DNA of 64,000 nucleotides from Nannocystis bainbridge (GTDB lineage Bacteria > Myxococcota_A > Polyangia > Nannocystales > Nannocystaceae), in the NCBI RefSeq assembly GCF_028368995.1, contig NZ_JAQNDL010000003.1:1984001-2048000 (forward strand), written 5' to 3'. Shown piece after piece: positions 21,466 to 30,755 of the stretch. The position numbers and the translations under genes are program-made. The notes beneath the pieces are model-generated. The model had not been told where the DNA came from, ran no database searches, and saw only the letters and a program-made list of their open reading frames with translations. Numbering within the stretch: position 1 is the stretch's first letter; each line of letters starts with the position of its first letter.

Positions 21466-23955
21466 ATGGCGACACGGCGACGGACACTGGTGGGGATGTG
21501 GAGCATCGTGGCGGCGACGGCCGCCGGCTGCAGCGACGACGGCACGGCCTCGACGGCCGACACGACCGGAGGGGTCCTGCCGACCGCCTCGTCGACCGAC
21601 GGCGCGACCGACGGCACCGCCGGGACCACGGCCACGCCGCCGACCGGCACCACCGAGAACGGCAGCGACAGCGAGAACGCGACCGAGTCGACCGTCACGC
21701 CGACCAGCACGACCGACGGCACCACCGAGCCGGTCGTCACCAGCACCACCGTCGACACCGAGACCACCGACGGCTGTGACTGTCCGGCCAACTTCAAGTG
21801 CAAGTACGACACCTGCATCCCCGACCTCGGCACCTGCACCACCCACGACGACTGCCCGGGTGACTCCTACTGCGACCCCGACGGCGAGTGCATCCCGTAC
21901 GGCGTCCCCGAGGGCACGATCAACGACCCCGAGTGTCAGAAGGACGACATCCCCGAGGGCATCACCCCGGTGGTGCAGTGCGAGTGGAGCGCGGTCAAGG
22001 ATCCGGCCAACGACCCGACCAAGAACTCGACGTACATCTACACCACGCCGATGGTCGCCGACCTCAACCTCGACAACGACCCCGGCAAGCTGCAGCCCTC
22101 GATCATCGTCAACACCTTCGCCAGCATCGGCAACATGGGCCGGATCGGCACCCTGCGGATCTTCGACGGCCGCACCTGCGAGCTGCAGCTGCAGGCCGGC
22201 GGCGCCGACGAGCCCGACGACTCCAACCGCCCCGGTTATTCGGCGCACTGGGCCATCGGCGACCTCGACGGCGACGTCCCGCAGGGCGGCCGGCCCGAGC
22301 TGGTCGGCTACCACCGCGTCACCAGCAACAACGACAACGGCCCGCTCAACCTCTACGCCTTCCGCATCGTCGACGACGGCGACACGCCCAAGCTCGAGCG
22401 CATGTGGTACGGCCGCAATTGCGAGACCGACACCCTGCTCACCTTCTCGAGCGCCGGCGCCACCAACGGCCCGAGCCTCCACGACCTCGACGGCGACGAG
22501 TTCCCCGAGATCGTCGTCGGCGACCAGGTGTTCGACCGCGACGGCTGCCTGCTCACCACCTGGACCGCCAGCGGCGCCAACCACATGCCGGTGATCGCCG
22601 ACGTCGACCTCGACGGCCAGATGGACTTCGTCAACCACCGCCGCGTCGCCGGCTGGGACCCGGGCACCGGCGAGTGGGTCGACAAGCCGTGGTTCATGCC
22701 GGCCAACCAGCCGGGCGGCTACATCGCCGTCGCCAACGCCGGCCTCTACTCGGTCGTCGACGGCGTCGACTTCGAGCTGGCCCCCGAGGTCGTCGTGCTC
22801 AGCGTCAGCAACAGCATCGGCCGCCTGCGGATCCAGAGCCTCACCGGCGAGACCAAATGGGGCCCGATCCAGCTGTACGCCAAGCCCAACGAGACCATCG
22901 GCCAGGGCGGCCCGGTCACCGTCAGCGACTTCGACGGCGACGGCCAGGTCGAGTTCGCCACCGCCGCGGCCACCTACTACGCCGTCTACGACCCCGACTG
23001 CGTCGCCGCGCTGAACGGCGGCAGCCCGACCGAGCGCCCCGGCGGCAAGTGCGAGCGCTCGCCCGCGCAGCAGGCCAAGAACCTGCCTGACGGCGTGCTG
23101 TGGGTCCAGCCCTCGCAGGACCTGTCGTCGAACATCACCGGCTCCTCGATCTTCGACTTCAACGGCGACGGCGCGGCCGAGGCCGTCTACCGCGACGAGT
23201 GCTACCTGCGCGTCTACGACGGCAAGAGCGGCGAGGTCCTGTTCAGCGCCCCCGCCTCCTCCGGCACCGGCAACGAGTACCCCGTGATCGCCGACGTCGA
23301 CGGCGACTTCGCCACCGAGATCGTCGTCCCGCGCACCAGCTTCAACAGCTGCCCGGCGATGGACCCGCTCTACCCGATGGCCCCCAAGTTCGTGTCGCGC
23401 CCCGGCTTCGTCGTCTACCGCGACCCGCTCGACCGCTGGGCCAACTCGCGGCCGATCTGGAATCAGTACCAGTACTCGATCACCCATATCACCGACGACG
23501 CCCGCGTCCCGTCGGCCGACACGTTCGTCAACAACTGGGAGACCCCCGGTCTCAACAACTTCCGCCAGAACGACCAGGGCTCGACCGGCAAGCTCAACAT
23601 CGCCGACCTCACCGTCGAGCTGACCGACCTCGGCACCCTGTGCCAGAACCAGGGCGGTACCATCGACCTCCAGGCCGAGGTGTGCAACCGCGGCACCAAC
23701 CCGGTCCAGGACGGCGTGGTCGTCCAGTTCCTCGAGACCACCGACCCCGCCCAGCCGGTCGACCAGGCCGCCGTCGTCTGCGAGGCCGTCACCACCAAGC
23801 TGCTCGCCCCCGGCGAGTGCGAGACCGTCACCTGCACCGCCGACCTCCAGGGCGGCGGCACCGTCTACGTCGACGTCGACCCCGAGGACAAGATCGCCGA
23901 CTGCCACCCCGGCAACAACCTCGGCGCCGACGCCCTCGACATCTGCCCGGGCTGA
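21466..23955 (+). CDS. FG-GAP/VCBS-repeat lipoprotein with Thr-rich linker and C-terminal CARDB-like Ig domain
   Basis: Lipobox 'AAGC', S/T-rich linker, repeated 'DLDGD/DFDGDG..E' Ca-binding loops, 'EYPVIADVDGD', 'WNQYQYSIT', and C-terminal 'ADLTV...VCNRGT...CHPGNN'. Confidence 0.85.
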   Translation: MATRRRTLVGMWSIVAATAAGCSDDGTASTADTTGGVLPTASSTDGATDGTAGTTATPPTGTTENGSDSENATESTVTPTSTTDGTTEPVVTSTTVDTETTDGCDCPANFKCKYDTCIPDLGTCTTHDDCPGDSYCDPDGECIPYGVPEGTINDPECQKDDIPEGITPVVQCEWSAVKDPANDPTKNSTYIYTTPMVADLNLDNDPGKLQPSIIVNTFASIGNMGRIGTLRIFDGRTCELQLQAGGADEPDDSNRPGYSAHWAIGDLDGDVPQGGRPELVGYHRVTSNNDNGPLNLYAFRIVDDGDTPKLERMWYGRNCETDTLLTFSSAGATNGPSLHDLDGDEFPEIVVGDQVFDRDGCLLTTWTASGANHMPVIADVDLDGQMDFVNHRRVAGWDPGTGEWVDKPWFMPANQPGGYIAVANAGLYSVVDGVDFELAPEVVVLSVSNSIGRLRIQSLTGETKWGPIQLYAKPNETIGQGGPVTVSDFDGDGQVEFATAAATYYAVYDPDCVAALNGGSPTERPGGKCERSPAQQAKNLPDGVLWVQPSQDLSSNITGSSIFDFNGDGAAEAVYRDECYLRVYDGKSGEVLFSAPASSGTGNEYPVIADVDGDFATEIVVPRTSFNSCPAMDPLYPMAPKFVSRPGFVVYRDPLDRWANSRPIWNQYQYSITHITDDARVPSADTFVNNWETPGLNNFRQNDQGSTGKLNIADLTVELTDLGTLCQNQGGTIDLQAEVCNRGTNPVQDGVVVQFLETTDPAQPVDQAAVVCEAVTTKLLAPGECETVTCTADLQGGGTVYVDVDPEDKIADCHPGNNLGADALDICPG

Positions 23956-24163
23956 TCGCCCCCGCGCCGCCTCACCTGTCCTCGAGGCCATGTCGCTGCC
24001 GCGCAGCGCCATGGCCCCGGGGACATGTCCATTCGGACATCCTCGACATCTGCCCTGACAGCCCCTCCGGCGGTCCACCAGGTCCGCGCCAGGTCATGGA
24101 CCTGTCCCGAGGGACATCCCTGCCCCTGGCGCCCGCGCCGTCGACCGGCTTAAAATTATCGAC

Positions 24164-25099
24164 ATGCAGGGCAAGCCGATCGCCGTCGAGGGCATCCGCT
24201 CGGTCCGCGCCGCCCGCGGGACCTGGAGCGGCGTCGAGGCCGCCTCACTGCATTGGTACTCCTACGGCGGCCGGCGGTCGACCATCGACCTCTCCGGCCC
24301 GCGCCACCGCCTCGCCATCCTCCTGCAGCAGGTCGGGGGCTTCTGCGAGGCGCGCAGCAGCCCTGGCAAGCCCGGCCTCACCCGCAACCCGGGCGCGCGC
24401 TTCGCCTCGTCCCACCCCGGCGGCGCGCCGCTGTGGGGCTATAGCGAAAGCATCGAATACACCCACGAGCTGGCGCTGACGTTCGACCCGCGCGAGCTGT
24501 CGACCCGCCTCGGCGAGCCGCTGCGCGACGACGACCTGGCGCCGCGACCATGGCTGACCAACCCGCGGATCTTCACGCTCGCGGAGCTGCTCGCGACCGA
24601 GGTCGGCGGCGACGGCGAGCTCGGCCAGCTCTACGGCGAGAGCCTCGTGCTCGCGCTCGTCGTCGAGTACCTGCGGACCGTGCGCGCGCACGGCCCCGCC
24701 GCGCGCAAGGGCGGCCTCACGCCGAGGCAGCTGCGCGACGTGTGCGCGTACATGCACGAGCACCTGTCGGCCCCGGTCGGCCTGCGCGAGCTGGCCGACC
24801 TCAGCGGCATGTCGCAGGCCCATTTCAGCCGCGCCTTCAAGGCCTCCACCGGCGTCCCACCCTACCGCTGGCAGCTGGCCGCGCGGGTCGAGAAGGCCCA
24901 GCAGCTGCTGCTCCGGCCGGGCAGCTCGCTCGCCGACATCGCCTTGCAGCTCGGCTTCGGCGACCAGTCGCACCTCACCCGCGTATTCCGCCGCGTCGTC
25001 GGCACCACTCCGAGCGCGTGGCGCCACACCCACGGCCGTCCCGAACGCCAGGCGACCACCGCCGAAGAAGTGGCCGCGACCCGACGACGCGAACCCTGA
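24164..25099 (+). CDS. AraC-family transcriptional regulator
   Basis: 'GGLTPRQLRDV...ELADLSGMSQAHFSRAFKASTGVPPY...LADIALQLGFGDQSHLTRVFRRVVGTTPSAWR'. Confidence 0.93.
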   Translation: MQGKPIAVEGIRSVRAARGTWSGVEAASLHWYSYGGRRSTIDLSGPRHRLAILLQQVGGFCEARSSPGKPGLTRNPGARFASSHPGGAPLWGYSESIEYTHELALTFDPRELSTRLGEPLRDDDLAPRPWLTNPRIFTLAELLATEVGGDGELGQLYGESLVLALVVEYLRTVRAHGPAARKGGLTPRQLRDVCAYMHEHLSAPVGLRELADLSGMSQAHFSRAFKASTGVPPYRWQLAARVEKAQQLLLRPGSSLADIALQLGFGDQSHLTRVFRRVVGTTPSAWRHTHGRPERQATTAEEVAATRRREP

Positions 25100-25175
25100 A
25101 TGCATGCAGGCTCGCGTCGCCGCACGTCGACGCTGCGAGGCGCTCTCGCCACGCGATGCCGCCGCGAGGCGACGC

Positions 25176-25823
25176 TCAGCTACCGCGACCGGCGCGCAGC
25201 AGCTGCATCTCCCACGCGAACGCCACCCCGGTCCCGCCCGCGTGCGCCATCATCGCCTCGCTCATGTCCGCCACCGTCGCCTCGCGGGCCCAGTCGCGCT
25301 GCAGCTCCGAGCCGAACACCATCCAGGTGATCGGAACAGCCCCGGCCTGGACCATCCGCCGCACCGCCATGTCGTGCGCCTCCGCCGACACCCCGCCGGA
25401 CGCGTCCGTCACGATATAGACCTCGAAGCCCTCGCCGAGCGCCTGGATCGTCGGCATAGCCAGGCAGATCTCGGTCCACAGCGCCGCCAGCACCAGCTTC
25501 TTGCGGCCCGTCGCCTTCACCGCGTCCACCACCTTCTTGTCCTCCCACGTGTTGATGAGCGTGCGGTCGATCGGCTTCTGCTCCGGGAACACGTCTTGCA
25601 GCCCCTTGATCAGGTAGCCGCCGCGCTCTTCCAGCACCGTCGTCAGGATCGTCGGCACCTTGAACGCTTTGGCCGTCTTCGCCAGGCCGATCACGTTGTT
25701 GACGATCATCGTCGGATCATGGCTGTGAAGATTGGCGAACTGGAACGGCTGATGATCGATCAGCACCAGCACGCAATTGTCGGGGGTGAGCAGCGCGTCG
25801 AGACCGGTCTTGTTGTTGGACAT
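25176..25823 (-). CDS. ycaC: YcaC-like isochorismatase-family hydrolase
   Basis: 'LTPDNCVLVLIDHQP', 'IDRTLINTWED', 'ALWTEICL', 'VTDASGG', 'ELQRDWAR'; AGGAGA RBS before ATG 25823. Confidence 0.9.
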   Translation of the reverse strand: MSNNKTGLDALLTPDNCVLVLIDHQPFQFANLHSHDPTMIVNNVIGLAKTAKAFKVPTILTTVLEERGGYLIKGLQDVFPEQKPIDRTLINTWEDKKVVDAVKATGRKKLVLAALWTEICLAMPTIQALGEGFEVYIVTDASGGVSAEAHDMAVRRMVQAGAVPITWMVFGSELQRDWAREATVADMSEAMMAHAGGTGVAFAWEMQLLRAGRGS

Positions 25824-26162
25824 GGGAAATCTCCTGCGAGCCCGCGCGGGCGCCGGCTCGTTCGCCGCGGAACCTAGCGGGGCCCGGGGCCGCAGCGCTT
25901 GGACGATCGTGCCGGCTTGGAAGATCCCTGCCGTCGATATGCCTGCCCCCCCGCCGCGGGCCCGCGCCGAGGCACCGCGCGCCCGCGACACAACTATCAA
26001 TACATGTCCTTTTGGCCATATGATGAATAGCTCCGAGCCTGTCCCGAGAACATCTGCGCCAAGCCCGAAGCCTCTGTCCCGAAATTCACCCGCACCCGCG
26101 CGAAAACGAGCGCACAGCCCCACGTGGCTCCGGCGTGACCGCTGAAGTATCCTCGAGCGCGC

Positions 26163-27194
26163 ATGCGGCTCCTCGGCGCCTCGGTGGTCCTTTTCACCGC
26201 CTGCTTGCCGGTCGAGCCCGGGTACCTGATCACTGCCCCCAGCTTCCGCGGCGTCCGCCTCGAGGTCGTCGAGCCGGGCGGCTACGCCTCGCTGCTGAAC
26301 GCCCCGCCCGGTCGCCCGCGGGCCACCTTTTTGCCGCTCGACACCATCGAGCTCACCGCGCATTTCGCCGCTCCGTCCGGCGTAGCGATCCAGCCGCCGA
26401 TCTGGCTGTACTGCGGCGTCGAGTGCTCCGTCGCGGGCCCGCTGGTCGAGCTCGTCGGCGACGTGGCCGCCTGTCCCACGCCCCTGCCGCTCAACCTGAT
26501 CGACCCGTGTCGCCTCGACGAGGCGATGCAGATCCGCGTCAGCATCGCCGGCGCCTTCACCTTCGCCCGCGCCGAGCTCCGGCTCCTGCTCGTCGCCAGC
26601 CGCGACCCCGACCTCACCCCCGCCACGTGCCTCGAACGCCTGACGCGACGGCCGCACACCGACCTCGAACCGTGCATTGTCGCCCATTGGGGGCTCAGGC
26701 CCGGCCCGCGGTGGGCCTTGCTCCCGTTCGCCCCGGACACCGCCGCCATCCCCCGCGAGATCCTCGAGCAGGAGGTCGACACCAACCCCGACATCGTCGG
26801 CTTCCGGGTCACGCGCCAGCGCGGCGCCGATCGCCGTGAGCAGCTCGTCGATCCGGGTGCGCGGATCGGGGTGCGTCGCGGCGAGCGCATCACCGTCGAG
26901 CCTCTCTTTACCGCGGAGTCCGCCCAGCAGTACTGGCTCACGTACAATGACGAGGAGGGCAAGCCCTACTCGGGCGAGCTCCGCGACTATCAAGAGGAGC
27001 TGACGATCCGCCCCTGGTTCGACGCCCCCGTCCTCGGCCTCGACTGGGAGACCTACGACGATTGGCGCGAACCTCCCCTCACCTGGATCGTCCCCGACAA
27101 CGTCGAGCCCACCCGCCTCTTCCTCGACGTGATGGACGATCGCGCCGGCCGGGCCTCTGCCGAGCTCCTGTTCGTCGCCGACGACGCCCCATGA
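26163..27194 (+). CDS. Cys-containing lipoprotein, partner of TonB-dependent receptor (copy 1)
   Basis: Lipobox 'LFTAC'; stop overlaps the TBDR start (ATGA); paralog of 29721-30755. Confidence 0.75.
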   Translation: MRLLGASVVLFTACLPVEPGYLITAPSFRGVRLEVVEPGGYASLLNAPPGRPRATFLPLDTIELTAHFAAPSGVAIQPPIWLYCGVECSVAGPLVELVGDVAACPTPLPLNLIDPCRLDEAMQIRVSIAGAFTFARAELRLLLVASRDPDLTPATCLERLTRRPHTDLEPCIVAHWGLRPGPRWALLPFAPDTAAIPREILEQEVDTNPDIVGFRVTRQRGADRREQLVDPGARIGVRRGERITVEPLFTAESAQQYWLTYNDEEGKPYSGELRDYQEELTIRPWFDAPVLGLDWETYDDWREPPLTWIVPDNVEPTRLFLDVMDDRAGRASAELLFVADDAP

Positions 27195-29473
27195 TTGCCC
27201 TCGGCCTTTACGCCGTGCTCGCGGCCGCCGACCCGGCCCCCGTCGAACGCCCCGCGCGCGACCGCGTCCAGGGCCTGCTGCGCAGCGCCGGCGAGCGCCA
27301 GCCCGTCGCTGGCGCCCGGGTCTTCGCCACCGCCCGGCGCGGCCCCGCGTGGAAGCGCGAGGCCGTGTCCGACCGCGACGGCGTGTTCGTGCTCGCCGAT
27401 CTGCCCAGCCGCGATTTTGTCCTCACCGTCGTCGCCGCCGGCCACCAGCGATTCGAGCAACCGACCACCGCCCCTTATTGGTCGCGCCGCAAGCCGCCGA
27501 CGATCTACCTCCAACCCCAGGGCGCCGGCGGCTATCGCACGATCGTCGAACAGCAGCGCACCACCCGGCCGAGCACTGTCAGCACCAGGCTGCAACCCGA
27601 GGAGATCGCCAACCTCCCCGGCAGCCAGGGCGACCCGCTGCGCGCCTTGCAAAACCTGCCCGGCGTCGCGCGGATCCCCGGCGGCCTCGGCCTCATCGTC
27701 CTGCGCGGCGCGGCCCCCAATCAATCGCAGGTGTTCTTCGGCGAGCACCCGCTGCCGCGCGCCTTCCACGTGCCCGGCCTCGCCAGCGTCGTCCAGACCG
27801 GCGTCCTGCAGGGCCTCGAATACGTGCCCGGCAACTTCTCCGCCCATTACGGCAACGCCGTCGGCGGCGTCGTCCACCTCACCCCGCGGGTCGGCCGGCG
27901 CGACGGCCTGCACGGCCACGCCAAGCTCGACATCACCTCGGTCGGCGCCCTGCTCGAGGGCCCGTTCGGCAAGGGCGGCTCGTTCCTCCTCGCGGCCCAG
28001 CGCGGCTACCTCGACCTCGCCCTCAAGGCCCTGCCTGACGACGTGCTCAATGGTGACGCCCTGCAGCCGCGCTACCACGATTATCAATTCATCTTCGACC
28101 ACCCCGTCGGCCGCGGCGGCACCCTCACCGTGCGCCTGATCGGCGCCTCCGACGACCTGCGGATCGTCTCCGGCGGCCTCCCCAACTTCCGCCTGCGCAC
28201 CGCCTTCGACCGCGTCGACCTCGCCTACCGCAAGCGTCACGGCCGCTGGGACTTCCTGCTCGCCCCCGCGGTCCGCTTCGACCGCTCGGATTTCTCGGCC
28301 CGCGTCTTCACGCGTCGCAACAACGTCGTCGGCCTCCTGCGCGCCGAGGCCAGCGTGCGCCCGCTGCGGCCGCTGCAGCTCACTCTCGGCTTCGACACCC
28401 AGCTCGACCGCTACAAGACCCGTCAGGTCACGGCTCCCCCTCAGCTCCCCGAGGAGGACGTGACCGCCCGCGGCCTGCTCACCACCTCGGGCCTCTACCT
28501 CTCCTCGCAGCTCGACCTCGGCCGCTACGCCGTCGTCGCCGGCGTCCGCGTCAACGCCTTCACCGCCGCCGAAAACGCCCTGTTCACCGCCGACCCACGC
28601 CTCCTGCTGCGCTACAGCCCGCACGAGCGGGTCCGCTTCCAGCTCGGCGCCGGCATGTACTCGCAGCCGAGCCTGCGCAGATCCCTGCGAACGGCCGGCT
28701 TCACCTACGAGACCATGGAGGGCGGCCCGGCGCACACCTTCGGCAACGTCATCCTCCCCGGCGCCGCCCGCTTCCTCGACCCCCAGCTCGAGTTTCAGCC
28801 CGGCCGCCGCGTCGGCGCCAGCCAGGCCACGCAGTACAGCGCCAACCTCCACGTCGACCTCACCGCCGCGCTCGACCTCGACGCCACGATCTTCTACCGC
28901 CGCGTCCGCGACCACCTCCCGCCCGACCCCGACGACCCGGAGCTGCCCGACACCGCCTCGTCGACCCACGGCGTCGAGCTCATGCTGCGCCACGACCTCA
29001 CCGCGCGCCTGTTCGGGTGGATCGCCTACACCTGGATGCGCTCCGACGCCCACCGCCTGTTCCCCGACGGCACCATCGCCCGCGCCCCCGCCGACTTCGA
29101 CCAGCGCCACAACCTCGTCATGCTGGTCGGCTACAAGCTCCCGCGCCGCTGGTCGATCGCCGCCCGCTTCCGCCTCGTCACCGGCCTGCCCTTCACGCCC
29201 TACGTCGGCGGCCTCAACCACCAGGGCGAGGACACCTACCCGATCGCCGGCCCGCCCAACAGCGGCCGCATGCCGGTGTTCCACCAGCTCGACCTCCGCC
29301 TCGACCGCACCTGGATCTTGCACCGCTGCATCGTCGGCGCCTACCTCGACGTGCAGAACGTATACAACCGCCCGAACGCCGAGGGCCTCATGTATTCGCA
29401 CGACTACGCCAGCACCCGCGCCGTCGTCGGCGTCCCGATCTTGCCGGTGCTCGGCGTGAAGGTCAGCTACTGA
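27191..29473 (+). CDS. TonB-dependent receptor (copy 1)
   Basis: Signal peptide, carboxypeptidase-regulatory-like N-domain, plug 'LPGSQGDPLRALQNLPGV...PGNFSAHYGNAVGG', barrel end 'DFDQRHNL...FHQLDLRLD...YLDVQNVYN...GVKVSY'. Confidence 0.9.
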   Translation: MIALGLYAVLAAADPAPVERPARDRVQGLLRSAGERQPVAGARVFATARRGPAWKREAVSDRDGVFVLADLPSRDFVLTVVAAGHQRFEQPTTAPYWSRRKPPTIYLQPQGAGGYRTIVEQQRTTRPSTVSTRLQPEEIANLPGSQGDPLRALQNLPGVARIPGGLGLIVLRGAAPNQSQVFFGEHPLPRAFHVPGLASVVQTGVLQGLEYVPGNFSAHYGNAVGGVVHLTPRVGRRDGLHGHAKLDITSVGALLEGPFGKGGSFLLAAQRGYLDLALKALPDDVLNGDALQPRYHDYQFIFDHPVGRGGTLTVRLIGASDDLRIVSGGLPNFRLRTAFDRVDLAYRKRHGRWDFLLAPAVRFDRSDFSARVFTRRNNVVGLLRAEASVRPLRPLQLTLGFDTQLDRYKTRQVTAPPQLPEEDVTARGLLTTSGLYLSSQLDLGRYAVVAGVRVNAFTAAENALFTADPRLLLRYSPHERVRFQLGAGMYSQPSLRRSLRTAGFTYETMEGGPAHTFGNVILPGAARFLDPQLEFQPGRRVGASQATQYSANLHVDLTAALDLDATIFYRRVRDHLPPDPDDPELPDTASSTHGVELMLRHDLTARLFGWIAYTWMRSDAHRLFPDGTIARAPADFDQRHNLVMLVGYKLPRRWSIAARFRLVTGLPFTPYVGGLNHQGEDTYPIAGPPNSGRMPVFHQLDLRLDRTWILHRCIVGAYLDVQNVYNRPNAEGLMYSHDYASTRAVVGVPILPVLGVKVSY

Positions 29474-29720
29474 TCTTCATTGCCATCCCTCTACGATTCG
29501 CAGGACTGCTCGAGCGCAAGCACGGCCGTCGGCCTGCCGGCCTTGCCCGTCCTCGCATCGAGATCTATTCGAGACATGTCTCGAAAGACATGTCATGCTC
29601 CTCGCCTTGCGCGGTCCCCCGCGCGACGACACGACCTCGGAGCCATCCTTCGCATTCCGCCCCGCGAGAAAAACCGCACGACGGCAAGGTTGTCGACCCG
29701 GGTCCGGCGCGCTAGCGTGC

Positions 29721-30755
29721 ATGGAGATGACGCGGTGGCTGCTCCCGCTCGGCATCCTCGTCGTGCCCGCCTGTGTCCCGGCCGAGTACGACTGGGTCGT
29801 CGTCGACGCGCGCTTCCGCGGGCTGCTCGTCGAGGTCGTCGAGCCGGGCGGTTACAGCTCCCTCTTGAACGTGCCTCCGGACCGCCGGCGGGCCTTCATC
29901 CTCCCGCTCGACACCGTCGAGCTCGAGTGGAAGGTCGCCGTCTCGCCGGGCATGGAGCTGCCCCCCCCGATCTGGATCGCCTGCTCCTCGCAATGCTCGT
30001 CCTCGTTGTGGAGCGGGGTCGATCTCTCCGACCTGCAGGACTGCCCCGATCCGATGCCCATCGGCATCGCGGACTCGTGCCGGCTCGGTGACGACCCCCG
30101 GATCCGCGTCCGCCTGGGCGGCGCCTATGCCCCCGATCCCGGCTTCACCCTCCTGCTCATCGGCAGCCGCCGCCCCGACCTCACCTCGGAGACCTGCCTC
30201 GAGCGCGTGAGCGCCTCCCCGCGCGGCGAGGTCGCGCCGTGCTTCATCATCACGCGCACGCCTCCGTTCAGCGACACGCCGCTCGGCCTGCCGTTCTTGC
30301 CCGGATCGGTCGAGGCTCCGCCCGAGGTCCTCGCCCAGGAGGCCGACACTCACCCCACCGTGCTCGGATTCACCGTCACGCGCGAGCGCGGCGACGTCCG
30401 TCAGGACCTCGTCATCGACCTCGGCGACGCCGTCCCGGTCCGCCGCGGCGATCGCATCACCGTCGCGCCGCGCTTCGCCGCCGACGCGGCGCAGGAGTAC
30501 TGGAAGGTGTCTTCCGGCGATTGGTCGGGCTGGCTCGATCAACGCATTGAGATGTTCGGCTACGAGCCGTCGTTCAGCGAGCCCGTCCTGTTCGAAGGAC
30601 CCGTCTCCGTCTCCGCCTCCCTCGACAAGCTGCCGCCTCTCACCTTCGTCGTCCCGCACGACGTCGTGCCCACCACCCTCTGGCTCGACATCTTCGACGA
30701 CCGCCAGGGCAGGGCCTTCGTCGAGCTGCAGTTCGTCCCCGAAGACGAAGCATGA
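29721..30755 (+). CDS. Cys-containing lipoprotein, partner of TonB-dependent receptor (copy 2)
   Basis: Lipobox 'VVPAC'; shares 'FRG...EVVEPGGY.SLLN.PP', 'LPLDT', 'PPIW', 'PDLT..TCLER', 'VRRG.RITV.P.F', 'DDR.GRA..EL.FV' with copy 1. Start 29721 or 29727. Confidence 0.75.
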   Translation: MEMTRWLLPLGILVVPACVPAEYDWVVVDARFRGLLVEVVEPGGYSSLLNVPPDRRRAFILPLDTVELEWKVAVSPGMELPPPIWIACSSQCSSSLWSGVDLSDLQDCPDPMPIGIADSCRLGDDPRIRVRLGGAYAPDPGFTLLLIGSRRPDLTSETCLERVSASPRGEVAPCFIITRTPPFSDTPLGLPFLPGSVEAPPEVLAQEADTHPTVLGFTVTRERGDVRQDLVIDLGDAVPVRRGDRITVAPRFAADAAQEYWKVSSGDWSGWLDQRIEMFGYEPSFSEPVLFEGPVSVSASLDKLPPLTFVVPHDVVPTTLWLDIFDDRQGRAFVELQFVPEDEA